A stretch of DNA of 64,000 nucleotides, taken from Laetmonice hystrix. Its lineage: Eukaryota. The first letter of the stretch is position 1, and each line of letters opens with the position of its first letter. Location: assembly GCA_965235115.1 (NCBI GenBank), contig OZ249436.1:29886001-29950000 (forward strand), in the 5' to 3' direction. The translations under genes were made by a program, and so were the position numbers. The notes under the pieces are model-generated. The model searched no databases and had not been told where the DNA came from. It saw only the letters and a program-made list of their open reading frames with translations. This document shows, in pieces, positions 50,272 to 64,000 of the stretch.

Positions 50272-53200
50272 CCTGTTATCGGCATCATGAACAATTGACA
50301 CGGATAGGCCTATCAAAAAGCGCCCTGCCAGGTCAGTGTCACACAAGGCCAATGTGAATGTCATCCACACCAGGCCAACAATCAAAGTATTCTTTTATTC
50401 AGCTCTCCTCCCATGTAAGATTCAAAAACATATATACATTAGACAGTTAGCCTACACCCCCAGTTCAAAACCACAGTTAATTCAATTATGTCAGTTCTGA
50501 ATACACATATTCCTCCAGCCCCCCACCCTGACTGGGGGCACCCTGACTGGGAGGAAGGGGGGAGTAGTCACGACCGACCGGCAGGCCCTTATCACCAGCC
50601 GTTATGTAACTCTGCCAACCGCAGGCGGCCGCGTCACAGGGAGCGCCGACCCGACCTTATCAGTAGCAGTTACGTAACGCTGCCGACCCAGGGCGGCTAT
50701 TCACAGTCAGTGGACTGTATACACAGAGACCCGACCGTCCAGAGTGACACATCATTTTATTGTGAAGACTATACCGATTGAAACTTACAATTCTGTCCAT
50801 ATTACCTTTCCAAGAAAAGAACTAAACGACCAGCAGTATACCTGACTCTATACACTTTGTAACTGTTATATTTGTAGATGGCTATCATACACACGTTTCA
50901 AGTATAGAGCCTGTCAACGTCAGATTACATATTTCATCATAAATAAAAAGATATTGGTAAATTTATGCAAAAGTTTATGCAAAGTGACCAATCTTTAATA
51001 GGAGCACACATCTAGTGACCAAATATATGATTCCTATCTCGTTGAAGCAATTTTAGCAAAAAGTGCTAAAAGTGCCACATTTCAAAGTCACGTGACTCTC
51101 TTAATATAAGTCAAATATTGAGGGAGAAGATGCTATTTAAGCTGTTTAACATCTTTGACCTAGATCTCACAAAGGTCAAAGGTCAGAGGCCAAATTCAGG
51201 TGCATGACGATTAATGCCTAAGTGCCTAATTAGAAACTATCATGGAGATTGCTCCTACCTTTCCAGGAATTCAAGAAATGAGCCCTCCTTTGAGAAACTT
51301 TAACGCGTCATAAGTCATTGACGTGACGTCATATGACGTAATCAGTCAATAGCTGATTATTTTAGTGGATGATCAATGTTCCCTGCAAGTTTCATGAAGA
51401 TACCTTCATAGATAACCGAGATACAGCAAAAGTTTTACTGCACCAATAATCAGAAAAAGAAGAAGAAGAAGAAGAAGAAGAAGAAGAACTAGAAACTCTG
51501 ATTGCCAAGCAATACAGGTAGGATCCCATTTCCCCAATGGTTTGCTATCATTACCTACATTTTTCTCTCCTTTAATTTGACTGTCCTGTGATTCCGCCAA
51601 CTGTTCCACAGGTATACTTGACACTGCCGTGCCGACATTACCTCTGGAGGTTATTTTCATTTACATGGAATTTACTAAGTACCCCTTTGACAATTATGAA
51701 ACAGTATAGTCCTTAAACCTGTTATCGGCATCATGAACAATTGACACGGATAGGCCTAGGGGGGCTATCAAAAAGCGCCCTGCCAGGTCAGTGTCACACA
51801 AGGATTACAGATTACATATTTCATCATAAATAAAAAGATATTGGTAAATTTATGCAAAAAGTTATGCAAAGTGACCAATCTTTAATAGGACCACACATCT
51901 AGTGACCAAATATATGATTCCTATCTCGTTGAAGCAATTTTAGCAAAAAGTGCCAAAAGTGCCAAATTTCAAAGTCACGTGACTCTCTTAATATAGGTCA
52001 AATTCCTGACTTCAAATCGTTCCAATAAAGAGCCACCTTATGAGACTCTTCAGGCACACTTTGGCTACATATTGCAAAATATTGGGGGAGGAGATGCAAT
52101 TTAAGTTGTTCAACATCTTTGACCTAGATCTCACAAAGGTCAAAGGTAAGAGGTCAAATTCAGGTGCATGACGATTAATGCCTAAGTGCCTAATTAGGAA
52201 CTGCCATGGAGATTGCTCCTACTTTTCCAGAAATTCAAGAAATGAGCCCTCATTTGAGCAACTTTAACACGTCATAAGTCATTGACGTGATGTCATATGA
52301 CGTAATCAGTCAATAGCTGATCATTTTAGTGGATGATCAATGTTCCCTGCAAGTTTTATGATGATACCTCCATAGATAACCGAGACACAGCAAAAGGTCA
52401 CTAGACCAATAACTAGAAACTCTGATTGCCAAGCAATACAAGTAGGATCCCATTTCCCCAATGGTTTTCTATCATAACCTACATTTTAATCTCCTTTAAT
52501 TTGACTGTCCTGTGATTCCGCCAACTGTTCCACAGGTATACTTGACACTGCCGTGCCGACATTACCTCTTGAGGGTATTTTCATTTACATGGAATTTACT
52601 AAGTACCCCTTTGACAATTATGAAATAGTATAGTCCTTAAAGCTGTTATCGGCATCATGAACAATAATTGTTCATGATGCCGATAACAGCTTTTTGATAT
52701 TGTGTCAATTATTGACACAATATCAAAAAGCGCCCAGCCAGGTCAGTGTCACACAAGGCGAATGGGTGTGAATGTCATCCACCCCAGGCTTTTGACTCAG
52801 GCTGAAACAACCAAAAGTCTGGCATGTCACCTTAATTCCACAGCCAAAAATCACAGTATTCTTTTATTCAGCTCTCCTTCCATGTAAGATTCAAAAATAC
52901 ATTAGACAGTTACACCTACAGTTCAAAACCACAGTTAATTCAGTTATGTCAGTTCTGAATACAGATATTCCTCCAACCCCACCCTGGCTGTGAGGCAAGG
53001 GGGAGTATCCAAAAACATGTATTGGACAGTTACACCTACAGTTTAGTGGCACAGCTAATTCAGTAATGTTAGTTTGGAATACACATATTCTCCAACCCCA
53101 CCCTGACTGGGATGAAAGGGGGATTAGTCACGACCGACGGGCCTACCTACCGGCGGGCTCTAAATATGAAGTCTATCCACATCAATCTGCTGGCTCACTC

Positions 53201-54120
53201 AACCAAGAGTTGTCTTGTAAATTTAAAAAAGACAGCCTTCATCAGAGTTTTGTTTTATTGCTCTCCTCCAATATAAGATTCAAGAAAATGTGTATTAGAC
53301 AGTTACACCTACAGCTCTAAAGCAGGGCTAATTCAGTTGGGTTTGTTCTGGACATACACATTCCAACCCCAGCCTGACTGGGAGGACCGTCGACACCAGC
53401 GGCCCTTATCAGCACCAATTACATAACTCTCTGCCGGCCTGGCTCTTTGGCCAGGCGGACCTCGCAGCGGGCGATCTGTGTATACAGAGACCACAACCAT
53501 CCTAGTGACAAACATTATATTGTGCAGACTATACCGATTAAAACTTAGAATTCTGGCCATATTACCTTTCAAAAAGAGAACTAAACAGTCAGTGGTAACT
53601 TAAATCTATACACTTTGTAATTGTTGTATTTGCATATGGCTATCTTAAATACGTTTCAAGGTAGAGCCTGTGAACGTCAGATTACATATTTCATCATTAA
53701 TTAAAAAAAGTATTGGTAAATTTATGACAAGAAATATGCAAAATGATCAATCTTTAATAGGAGCACACATCTGGTGACCAAATATATAATTCCTATCTCG
53801 TTGAAGCAATTTGAGCAAAAAGTGACAAATTTCAAAGTCACGTGACTCTCTTAATATAGGTCAAATTCCAATAAAGAGCCACCTTATGAGACTCTTCAGA
53901 AACACTTTGGCTACATTTTGCAAAATATTGGGGGAGGAGATGCAATTTAAGTTGTTTAACATCTTTGACCTAGATCTCACAAAGGTCAAAGGTAAGAGGT
54001 CAAATTCAGGTGCATGACGATTAATGCCTAAGTGCCTAATTAGGAACTATCATGGAGATTGCTCCTACTTTTCCAGAAATTCAAGAAATGAGCCCTCATT
54101 TGAGCAACTTTAACACGTCA
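50272..54120 (+). repeat. Roughly three diverged, partly deleted tandem copies of a composite repeat unit (copy-B specific)
   Basis: ctgttatcggcatcatgaacaat at about 50273, 51719 and 52643; gacctagatctcacaaaggtcaaagg at about 51157, 52121 and 53967. Confidence 0.8.
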
Positions 54121-54128
54121 CACGGCCA

Positions 54129-54276
54129 AGAAGAAGAAGAAGAAGAAGAAGAAGAAGAAGAAGAAGAAGAAGAAGAAGAAGAAGAAGAAGAAGAAGAAGA
54201 AGAAGAAGAAGAAGAAGAAGAAGAAGAAGAAGAAGAAGAAGAAGAAGAAGAAGAAGAAGAAGAAGAAGAAGAAGAA
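54129..54276 (+). repeat. (GAA)n microsatellite, about 49 units
   Basis: Pure GAA run. Confidence 0.95.
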
Positions 54277-55625
54277 TAGTGTAGACGAAACCAAGTGATT
54301 TCAAAATCCCATTTCCCCCTTCGGGGGGGGGGGGATGGGATAATTAGTGTAGATGAAACCCAGTGATTTCAAAATCCCATTTCCCCCTTCAGGGGGGGGG
54401 GATGGGATAATAAATAGAAGAAGGTCCAAACTCAAACTCCTCTCAACAGGGTGCCAGCCAAGGTACTGAGACAGGGATGCTTGGTTGGAAACGATAATAA
54501 ACAAAGTCGGCCCCGAGAAGACATAGAGATCTACCACACCAGCACTGATAGAGGGTTGATCTTCCTAGCACAACACTTCCCACGTCCCATTCTGTATACA
54601 AATGTTGTGTGATCTGTCGGACAACATACCGCGGAATAAACTATTCGTTTTTTATGTTAACAGCTTGCTGAGATCGTAACAAATATTATTACCTTTAAGG
54701 CATAAATGGGAACATTAACATGGATAGATTCTATAGTCGCGGTTTAACCGCCAACGATGCGGGACTATTATATATGCACAATGCACTCTTCGTGCTGATA
54801 TCAGTGACAAATGAAACAACATGGCTGAAAATGACTGAATCGACAATGACCACGGGGCTCTTAAGTTCAATCCATTCAGTTATAATGTAATGTTCATTTT
54901 TGTGTTATTTTCTCTTCACATAGCTAGTCATACACTATAACAACGCCCGGGGTCGGCGGGCCGGAGTGGGCCGGAGCAGTTCAGTGGATCCAGCACTGTA
55001 CAAAAGGGGGAGTAAACATGCGCAGGGGTCTAGGGCTCCTCCCCCAGAATTTTTTTGATTTTAGAAGGCAACCCCCCCCCCCCCCCACGCTATTTTACGG
55101 CATCTGGAGATATAAATTGGGAAGCTTCCTGCCCATCTGTTTCTCGGAATTGGGGGCCTGTAGAACCAAGGCATTTGTACACAAGAAAGAGCATTTACTG
55201 CAAGGTACAAAAATGGCGATAACTCAATTTGACCCAATTAGTCAGATACTGTGGTTTACCTTTGGAAGGCAGTATTGGGATCGCTCGTTTCGGCTCACCT
55301 CGGCTGTCTACCAATACCGCCACTCGTTTGTGCACCTCATCAACCTTGGAGGACCTCAACACTCGGGGTTACACCAGCTCTTGCTTCGGCCCACCTCGGT
55401 ATGATGTGACACATCGGTGGACCTCAACACCTAGATACACCAGTTTATAGTTCGTCAGAATCTGAGCCTCGTTTTGAAGTTGCGAGTAAACAAAGCCAGC
55501 GGCGCGCCATTAGCATTGCTGTCAACGGTGTTTTACCGCGGAAAGAAGCCACTATTCCACCACCGCGAAGTTGTGACAAATTTTTCTGGCTGTGATTTTA
55601 GACACATGGAGGGTAGGCCGACATG

Positions 55626-56733
55626 CACAGTGCTTCAAACAATGGGTAAGGTCAAATCTAAAAGTTAAATGGGTGTTAACGCTAGGTATTAAGAAAGTGT
55701 TCTATAAATCGGAAATTTGACCTCGTCCTGGGTGTTTACTTAACACTGAGTTAACACTGTCTCAACAACGTGTTACCACCTAAAACACACCTTGGAAACA
55801 CCTAGATAACTCAGGTGTCCCCTTAATCTCAGTAAGGTCCCAGGTGTCTTTGGAATACCATAGAAAACCTATACCTAAAGTGTTAACCGCCTGTGGGTTA
55901 ACACCTGAGACAGGTCAAAACTCAGAGTCAAGCTTATTCCTTATTCCACTGGTAGGAGTGGCGACCAGGTGTGGCTGATGTGTCAGGAAAATGTTACCTG
56001 AGTTTTTTCAAAGTATTAACAAGGTGTTGTCAAAATGTTAACTGGAGCCTGGTGTTAAAGGTCCAGGTTAACGCTTTTTCCTGAGATAACACCTGGATAA
56101 TCCAAGCGTATAGTTAACTCTCATATTTGACCTCACCCAATGTGTTAGGCCTGGATAATTCCGTCCACAGGCTGTCGAACTGGGCGTGAGCTGCCCGTCG
56201 GACAAGTGCACGCTTCGGCAGTGGGTGAGGTCAAATATGAGAGTTATCTATACGCCTGGATTATCCAGGTGTTATCTCAAGGAAAAGTGTTAACTTGGAC
56301 CGTTAACACCAGGCTCCAGTTAACATTTTGACAACACCCAGTTAACACTTTGATGAAACTCAGGTAACACTTACCTGACACATCAATCACACCTGGTCGC
56401 CACTCCTACCAGTGGAATAAGGAATAAGCTTGACTCTGAGTTTTGACCTGTCTCAGGTGTTAACCCACAGGCGGTTAACACTTTAGGTATAGGTTTTCTA
56501 TGGTATTCCAAAGACACCTGGGAGCTTACTGAGATTAAGGGGACACCTGAGTTATCTAGGTGTTTACAAGGTGTGTTTTAGGTGTTAACACGTTGTTGAG
56601 ACAGTGTTAACTCAGTGTTAAGTAAACACCCAGGACGAGGTCAAATTTTGGATTAGTAGAACACTTTCTGAATACCTAGCGTTAACACCCATTTAACTTT
56701 TAGATTTGACCTTACCCAGTGTTTGCAGACTGT
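55626..56733. mobile_element. Fold-back non-autonomous element, EnSpm/CACTA-like (arms of about 510 bp, spacer of about 80 bp)
   Basis: 55626-56139 is the reverse complement of about 56222-56733. Left terminus is CACAG. Absent from copy A. Confidence 0.8.
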
Positions 56734-59262
56734 CAGTGCGTCAGCACGCGGGCATTTGGGGGCCAAACCCGGTTTAACTGACCCTTCCCCCTCCAATCCA
56801 GCGCATAAAGTGTCAATCAACATCCGACTGCCCCCCCAATATCTATCCCGTATGAGTTGAGAACCAACTGTGTGGAGCCCGTCTCCCCCGAGCGCTACGC
56901 CGGCCGTCAGGCCTGGGGAGGCCGCCGTGTCAGTGACGCCAGCGAACCGTTTAACTTTACTATTACGCCAATGTCGAGGTTTAAACCGTTTTTTTTGTCA
57001 AGTCTAATACAAGTTTTACACATTCGAACATTAGCTGTACAGATATTGTTTGGAGAAGAGACGTAATCCCGACACAAAGATCGTGTATTTAACATAGAAA
57101 TAGATAGGGAGACGGTTTGTTTACTCACAACTTCGAAACGAGGCTTCCCTGCGCATGCGCTCTGTTCGAACTATAAACTGATGTATTGACACTCTTGGCC
57201 CACGTCGTGTCAGGTGGCGACTTAATCTCTTTAATCGCTTGCGCTCTGTTCGAACTATAAACTGGTGTATTGACACTCTTGGCCCACGTCGTGTCACGTG
57301 GCGACTTAATCTCTTTAATCGCTTTAATCTCAGCAGACGACTGAGAAGCGTCGATTGGACACCCCTTGTCACGACGCGTATGATAAGTAGGCCTACTTGT
57401 ACTGGTGTGTAAGCTTGGTAGAACACATTTCTCACCAATTTCACCCTCGGCGTCTAAGCTTCATGGAGCCATTCGTGGGCCGTGGACTATCTCTCACATG
57501 ATAATAACATGATAATAAGCGTTGAAAACTTTATATATTATTCAATTACGTAACATGATATAATCTTGACATAGCTTGTTAAACATGTCAAGGCGAAGGT
57601 ATTCACAAGTTTCTCTCACACATTCTAAAAAATAGCAAATATACACCCTCCGTATTGGGAAATGACAAACTACTCAACTTTGAAGTCATGTGACTCCGTC
57701 AAAATACTTCAAATCGCTCAATCCCTGCTACAACTTCTTCGGGTATCTAGGAGTAACCATTCTGTACAATTTGAAGAAAGCTACATCAGAATTTTAGATG
57801 TATGTGACAGATGACCTGTGACCCAGTCCTTAAGAAGGTCAAAGGCCATCAGCGAAATTTTGGTAAAAAATTATTAAGAAACCATCTCTTTTCTAGTACC
57901 TGAGAGACAGTACTGCTGCCCTGTTGGTACTTGTTTGGTGACTGGAAAACATTTTCGTAAGTTTGGGTCAACATCCCACCTAGGCTGTGATGTAATAAAT
58001 AGTTCTTTACAGCTATGGTCATTCATTTACAGCAACACTCTACAACTTTTGTGTGTGCAGGGATGGCTCAGCGGTAAAGTGTAGGAATTCCAGGCCATGG
58101 GTATGACATAGTTCTTTACTACTATGGTCCTTTATTTACACCAAGACTAATGCAAATAATGTGTAAACGGATGGCTTAGTGGTAGAGTGTAGGAATTTTA
58201 TGCAAAGGGTATGAGGTTCGAATACCACCCAAAATTGTTTTTCTACCACTGGGAATCTACGTGAATATCTTTCTCAGTGCTGGATATCTGGAAAAACTTG
58301 GTGCGTATCATGACAATGACCTGTCAAATATGACCTGTCATGACAGAGTTCTTTACTCTATGGTCATGGTTGACTTACTTTCATTTCATAGAGGGCCTTT
58401 CTAGAGACATCCATAGAGGAACGGGATACCCGATTGCCTGCAATCTGCATGTCTAGTTGCAGCTGCCAGTCCTGCGCAAATGCGATGCGACCGGCTTTAT
58501 AAGGGCGGGCACTTCCATCATCTTTTACACGACAGCAGGTTCAACATTAGCTCGGACAGATCAAGCGGATCGTCTCACTTTGAACAAGTAAGTGCAAGGT
58601 TAGCGTGCCGATCTATTCGTCAGAAAATGTCTGTTTTCACATCAGTAGGAAAGACCCATTTTCAAGAGGGGAATATGACTAGCGGGTAACGAGAATTGAA
58701 AACAGATAAAATATGCTGTTTGAGGCTGGAACATTACACTGTCCTTAGTTACCATTATGTACATTAATTAGATGCACATATCACATACCAAAAAGATAAT
58801 CAATATTTCAACTGTAGCCATCATATTATTGAATACGTTGGCAGATTTTAATTTTCTGAAAGGGGTCAAATATTTTGGGAATCTGGACTGGAAAATGTTT
58901 ACAAAGCCGATTCAGTTTCATGATACATCGCCCGTGATAACTTAACCCCCACTAAATTTGGTCGAGAGTAAAGATGTACAGCCCTGACCTTATCCCTTAC
59001 CCCGAACATTAACCCTCCCAAAAACATGTCCCTATCCTATTCCTATCCCTATCCCTCACCTTAACCCGAACCCCTGCCCACAAATGTTGTGGGGAATGTA
59101 TATATCATGGCGAAATAACGAGTGCTATCGGCTTGTTCTGTACATTCCATAATTTATGTCCAGTTATTCTCCGAATTCCAGACATCACCTATCTGCCTGT
59201 GATCTTAAATTTACTTTTGATATGTACACGAGTACTCGATTATGCTGTAGAATTTACAGAAA

Positions 59263-62200
59263 ATGGCTAACATGGACAAGTTCGATGAAGTGGCCTTCGA
59301 AAGAAACAGGGGGTCCCAGGATCCAAAGCAATCCTTTCCGGAACGAATGCAGTATTACAACACTTGGGCATCTGAGGAGACATACGACATCGTACGCATG
59401 TTTAGGGACCTACATAATTCGAGTAATTCAAATTTAGTTCTGAAACCACACATTTTATTAAGTATAAACAGTATATTTATTATATTTAAAATTTTGTTTC
59501 TAGCTTATGGGGCCCAATAACTATCAGGGACCGACACTCTGTGCAGCTGCTATTGAACATTATATGCCCACAACGAAGGAAATGCATATCCTTGACATAG
59601 GAGCGGGCACTGGACGCGTGGGAACGGAAGTACGTAAAGCCATAGAATTCCACCAAACCACTATAGGGCCAGGCCAAGCGGATGTTAACATCAGGGGCAA
59701 AATTGCAGATTGTGTAGAAGATTCTCCCACTACCCTTATTTTGACGTCAATGTCATAAAGTGCATGGAGCAGAAAACCCTTTTCAATTATCTCAACTAGA
59801 AAAAAAGTTGCAGCCTTCCGAACCCATCAATATTGCAAAACTGTCCCCCCCCCCCCCAATTTGGTACAATTATGAAAGCACCTGCATGCAGACATTTCAA
59901 CAGTTTGTGGGGTAAACTTGCCTGTTTTTGTAGAGATTAAAGAGGCAGGCAAAGTTCCTCACTAATGTACCTTTAAACACCAGTAACATCCTGTGAAGTG
60001 TCTAAGGTCACGCCGATAAGTGGAACACTGTCGAAGGCGACTTTTAAAAATACGGTATCGGTCATTCGCTATTTTCACACGCGTTACGCCGCCACTGGCT
60101 TCATCGGACACTCACTCACTCACTACGACTGCACTACTGACAATCTCCTATAATGCAGAGGGGCTTGCTCCACTATCCCTCTGCCACACCTCACTTTTTA
60201 CGGAGCCAATCGCTCCTCTACATACGCGTTTAACTCCGTTTATGCAAAGTCGGCCGCCCTTTATAGTATCTATAAAATTTAATGTAGGCCTACCTCTAAA
60301 TCCCAAAACCGAGATTATAACGAGTGATATTCACCATACAAGAGAAATATCTGATGAAATATTGGGAACTACATCTGCGGAGGGAGATCAGCTATAGTCG
60401 GAAGTCGGTTGGGCACATTTGAAATACTTCGGGTGTCTCCGACTAGGTACTTCCGTTCAACATAGCGGCTGCATTTGATTTCTCCGAAGATTTAGATGTT
60501 TGACAGTCTGCGCCGTAAAAGTAAACAACAAGAGTGCTTTAGCAAAATCAAGCAGCCACGATTCCAGCTCGGCTGGCCCGATCGGGGATTTCTAGGTCAG
60601 GTCAGGGGTCGCTCAAACGGCAGTACGTAGCCTGTGGCAGAGATTAAATGAAGTGAACGATCTATGTCCGGAGAGTGAACTACTGACTGTGTACTCTTAC
60701 CGGTGACAGCAGACACCTTTTTCTCTCTCTTCATAACCTTATTGGGGCATGTTAACAAATACAGAGTTTGTGTGCAGCTATCGTTTGCAACCCTCTCTGA
60801 AAAGTGGAATCGCAGTGGGACGTGAATGGCGGTACCCTGGCTGGGAATCTGCGTGGTTCGTTCCGCCTGGGCCCCGTTGCATAATATTCAAGAACCGGCC
60901 GATAAGGATGGTTAAAATGTTCGAAAGCGTTGCATATTACAGATTTAGAAGTCACTAAAATCTGAGTGTTGCTAAAATGGTTGCTAGAGGCCTCCGCTAA
61001 GGCCCACCAAAAAGGTACGCACTAAAAGTTGGAAGATATTATGCCATTGCATATTTTTCCCCTTAAGGATCACTAAAACCTTTACGATTTTTAATTCACC
61101 AAGCTGCAAGGGTTACGGTGCATCAACAACATCAGGACGTCTAAATATCATGATAGCAGCGTAGACTGCCGTTTGTCTTATTTCAGGGTCCTAGCAGGGC
61201 GTAAATTAAGAGAAAATGGATGCGGCGATGATACCCGTAACGCCGTGAGCTGGTGACTCTAACGCAAATTTAAGTTGGTGAAATAATAGATGGTGACTAC
61301 TTAGACTTAGACTTATCATTTCAAACTTGTTTGATTTTTTGTTTGATTTTGCATAAGCCTTAGGGCTTAAAGGGAATTTGTACCTAGGACTAGGCCTACA
61401 CCTTTCAACATCTGCGCGTGATATAGGCCTTTATAGGCCATCCTTCAATATAAAACTATGATATAACATAAATATGGGTCCTCTTTGTTGTCAATGCAGA
61501 GAAATGGAACTGCTTGAAATACATCTAGTTTTAGTTGAAGCGAGACTTACTTTCCTCCATCTCGGATCAGCGTAACGCGCGTTACGGTGATCAGTGTCAT
61601 AACCAGTTATTGCGCCGTTGTTGTCTCAACTTGATTGACAGATCTGTAACAACCCACTTTGAAAAAAATTACGCACTTTGAAAAATATTTTTAACATGCG
61701 TTAAATGTTGAACCACCTCAACGCACTATGATTTTTTTTTTCAAAGTGCGTTAAGATTCGGGTCCACTTCAACGCACTTTAAAAAAAAAATTGAAAGTGC
61801 GTTGAGGTGGACCCAAATCTTAACGCACTTTGAAATTTTTATTTTCAAAATGCGTGAAGTTGGACCCAAATTTTAACGCACTTTGAACAGATTTTTCAAA
61901 GTGGGTAATTTCAAAGTGGGGTTGTTACACATGCACCTTAGCAACAATAGTTTAGAGCCGGAGTGAAGGGTTGGAAGGCCATTTGTGACTGACAAAAAGT
62001 GGTCACAATGCGGAGTGCCCGCTATTGTGGCGTTTTGAGAAACATTAAATAGATAAATAGATAAATACATTAAAAAAACATTAAATGAAAAAGAACGGAA
62101 CTAAGCCAAACTGGCCGTATAGGGTTGACCTGTAGCTCATCTGTAAATATCACTGGCGATTGCTCGTACACTCTAAAAACAGATTGGTTGAATTAACCAA

Positions 62201-64000
62201 TATTGGTTGAAATGTGTCCAACTAATGTTTTTGGTGAATCTTACCCTCACAAAGGTGTATTACCCCAAACCTTTGACTTGAGTTTGTTGTCCAGGGTGAA
62301 TTATATCTAAAATCAGTCGTTTTCTAACTCAGTTTTACTTAGAATATGAGTGGTAAGGTGAAATACAGCAAAAGTGTCCCTCCGTTACCGCTTGGCCTGT
62401 CCCTATATCCTACTTGACCGTCAGGAAATTAGTTCACCAGGCAGTGCGCTTGGGTATGCATGGCGGTGTATTCACAGGCTTTTCGTTTATGTTAATTGAA
62501 AGTCCAAGATAGCACACCTTCTTCATATTACAATCTCATGTTATTTAAAAAAGTGCAATTGTAACTTAGAGGTTGGGTTTCAGGGAAATGTTTTCTATGT
62601 TTCTCTTCTGCGTTCATGCACATATGAACACCCAGAATGAATTATATAAAGAACTGATCTATGTCGCATTATTACTGATTTTGTAAAAATGATGTTCTAT
62701 TGGTTAAGAACAAAGCTTGAACAGTCAGGTAGATGGCGCAGTCCAACCAACAAAAAATGTGACATAGATCGTTTTTCCCGTGTTCTCTTATATATTTCTA
62801 GTTGCTCCAAAATTTGCGTTAAAGTATTAGAGAAACGCTGAGAAAATCGCATGTCTCTGTGGACCCCTCCCCCTCCCCCACGTCATTGCTGTAATATATA
62901 ATAGGCCGATCGCTAAGAGCATATTTATTATATATTAGCTTGTGAAGCGTGGATACACGAACATTGAGGCAATTGAACCATCGGAAGGGATGCTGGAAAC
63001 TGCCAGAAACAAGAAGATTTACCGTAAACATACTCTCGGTGCATTCGGAGCCACAAACCCATCTATTGGTGACCGTAAGTATGCGCACCATCAGCAGTCT
63101 TCATGTTCGGCATCTAACAAATCTCCCACTGTATCCTGATGACCAATTCAACCAACTTAAACCAATATATTAACCAAAAATTTGTTTAAATTGATCAACG
63201 TATTTGAAATAATAATCTAACAAATATGGATTGGTAAAAAAAACTACCAGAACTAGATTATTTTAACCAAGATCTCGGTCGGACACATAATCTACCATCT
63301 AGATTGGTTAAATTTATCCATTATCCTGGTCATTTTAACCAATCTGTTTAGAGGGTATCGTTTATCATAACCAGAGGTCTGATTTCTGCCGATTTTAAAA
63401 CAAATGTCTTTCAGGTTCCTACGATACGGTGGTCTCTTCGGGCGTGTTCATGGAAGGCCACCTTCCATGCAAGGCTCTGCGAGAGATGGCTCGAATTACT
63501 AAACCAGGTTTGTCGTGCGTTTTTCTTTTAAAGGATGGTTCCTTTAGATGATGCATACATGTATTAATATATGTGTAAAGTTTGCGAATGATAATGATAT
63601 ACATGTAGGCCGTTTTGACAAAAATGTTCATGGTCTACAAACGGGAAGTTATTCATTAAAAATGTTTAGAAACGAAATTCTGTTATCTTAGTTGATCTCC
63701 GGAACACCTTAACGTCCTGCGTATGGGCCTGACGTCTAACTGCGTGTCTTTATGGAATAAAGACATCGACTTCTTTTCTAAATAAAAATTATTGAAATGA
63801 AAACGAAATATTTTGCCGTTTTGACAAAAATGTTCATGGTCTACAAACGGAAAGTTATTCATTAAAAAATGTTTCATTTCTAAATAAAAATTATTGAAAT
63901 GAAAACAGATGAAGTATAATCATGAGCACAAATATTCGTTCTTCCAGGCGGTCTGATTGTGATTGTCTTTCGCGAAAACGTTCTGGAGCAGGTGGAAGAA
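59263..64000 (+). CDS. METTL27: METTL27/WBSCR27-like methyltransferase, copy B; exons 59263-59391, 59504-59629, 62939-63074, 63415-63507, 63948 to beyond 64000 (last exon runs off window)
   Basis: Same exon sizes and splice sites as copy A; open through the visible part. Confidence 0.85.

Larger units (their letters stand above)
41349..64000 (+). repeat. Segmental duplication copy B (runs off window)
   Basis: Same collinear blocks as copy A, starting at gagttacagccaggaatcttcc. Confidence 0.95.

Noticed and set aside
54052..54304. Poly-Glu / poly-Leu ORFs
   Set aside because: Translation of a (GAA)n microsatellite at the tail of a repeat element.
63795..63905. Extra sequence in intron 4 of copy B as a new exon
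   Set aside because: It is a local duplication of neighbouring intron sequence; the flanking exons already splice in phase.

Overview
Eukaryotic genomic DNA from an animal, probably a marine invertebrate (spliceosomal introns, very dense transposon content). The backbone is a large direct duplication: copy A at about 3.9-36.2 kb and copy B from about 41.3 kb past the window end. Each copy carries (i) a decayed Polinton/Maverick (adintovirus-like) remnant, with a double-jelly-roll major capsid pseudogene followed by a protein-primed family-B DNA polymerase pseudogene, and (ii) a 5-coding-exon SAM-dependent methyltransferase gene of the METTL27/WBSCR27 type. That gene is complete in A (226 aa) and open in B as far as the window goes. 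The copies differ by many insertions whose empty sites can be read in the other copy. In A the polymerase is split by an 11.4-kb Gypsy-like retrotransposon with non-canonical 150-bp CG...CG LTRs and a 3-bp TSD (Troyka-like). That element is in turn split by a 5.4-kb fold-back Academ-like DNA transposon carrying further MITEs. In B the polymerase instead holds a 792-bp solo LTR. Also present: an RT-deleted BEL/Pao element, self-nested PIF/Harbinger MITEs, Kolobok- and EnSpm-like non-autonomous elements, a ~1.1-kb palindrome, tRNA-like SINE heads, minisatellites and (GAA)n tracts. All family assignments come from motif recognition by eye; no database search was run.
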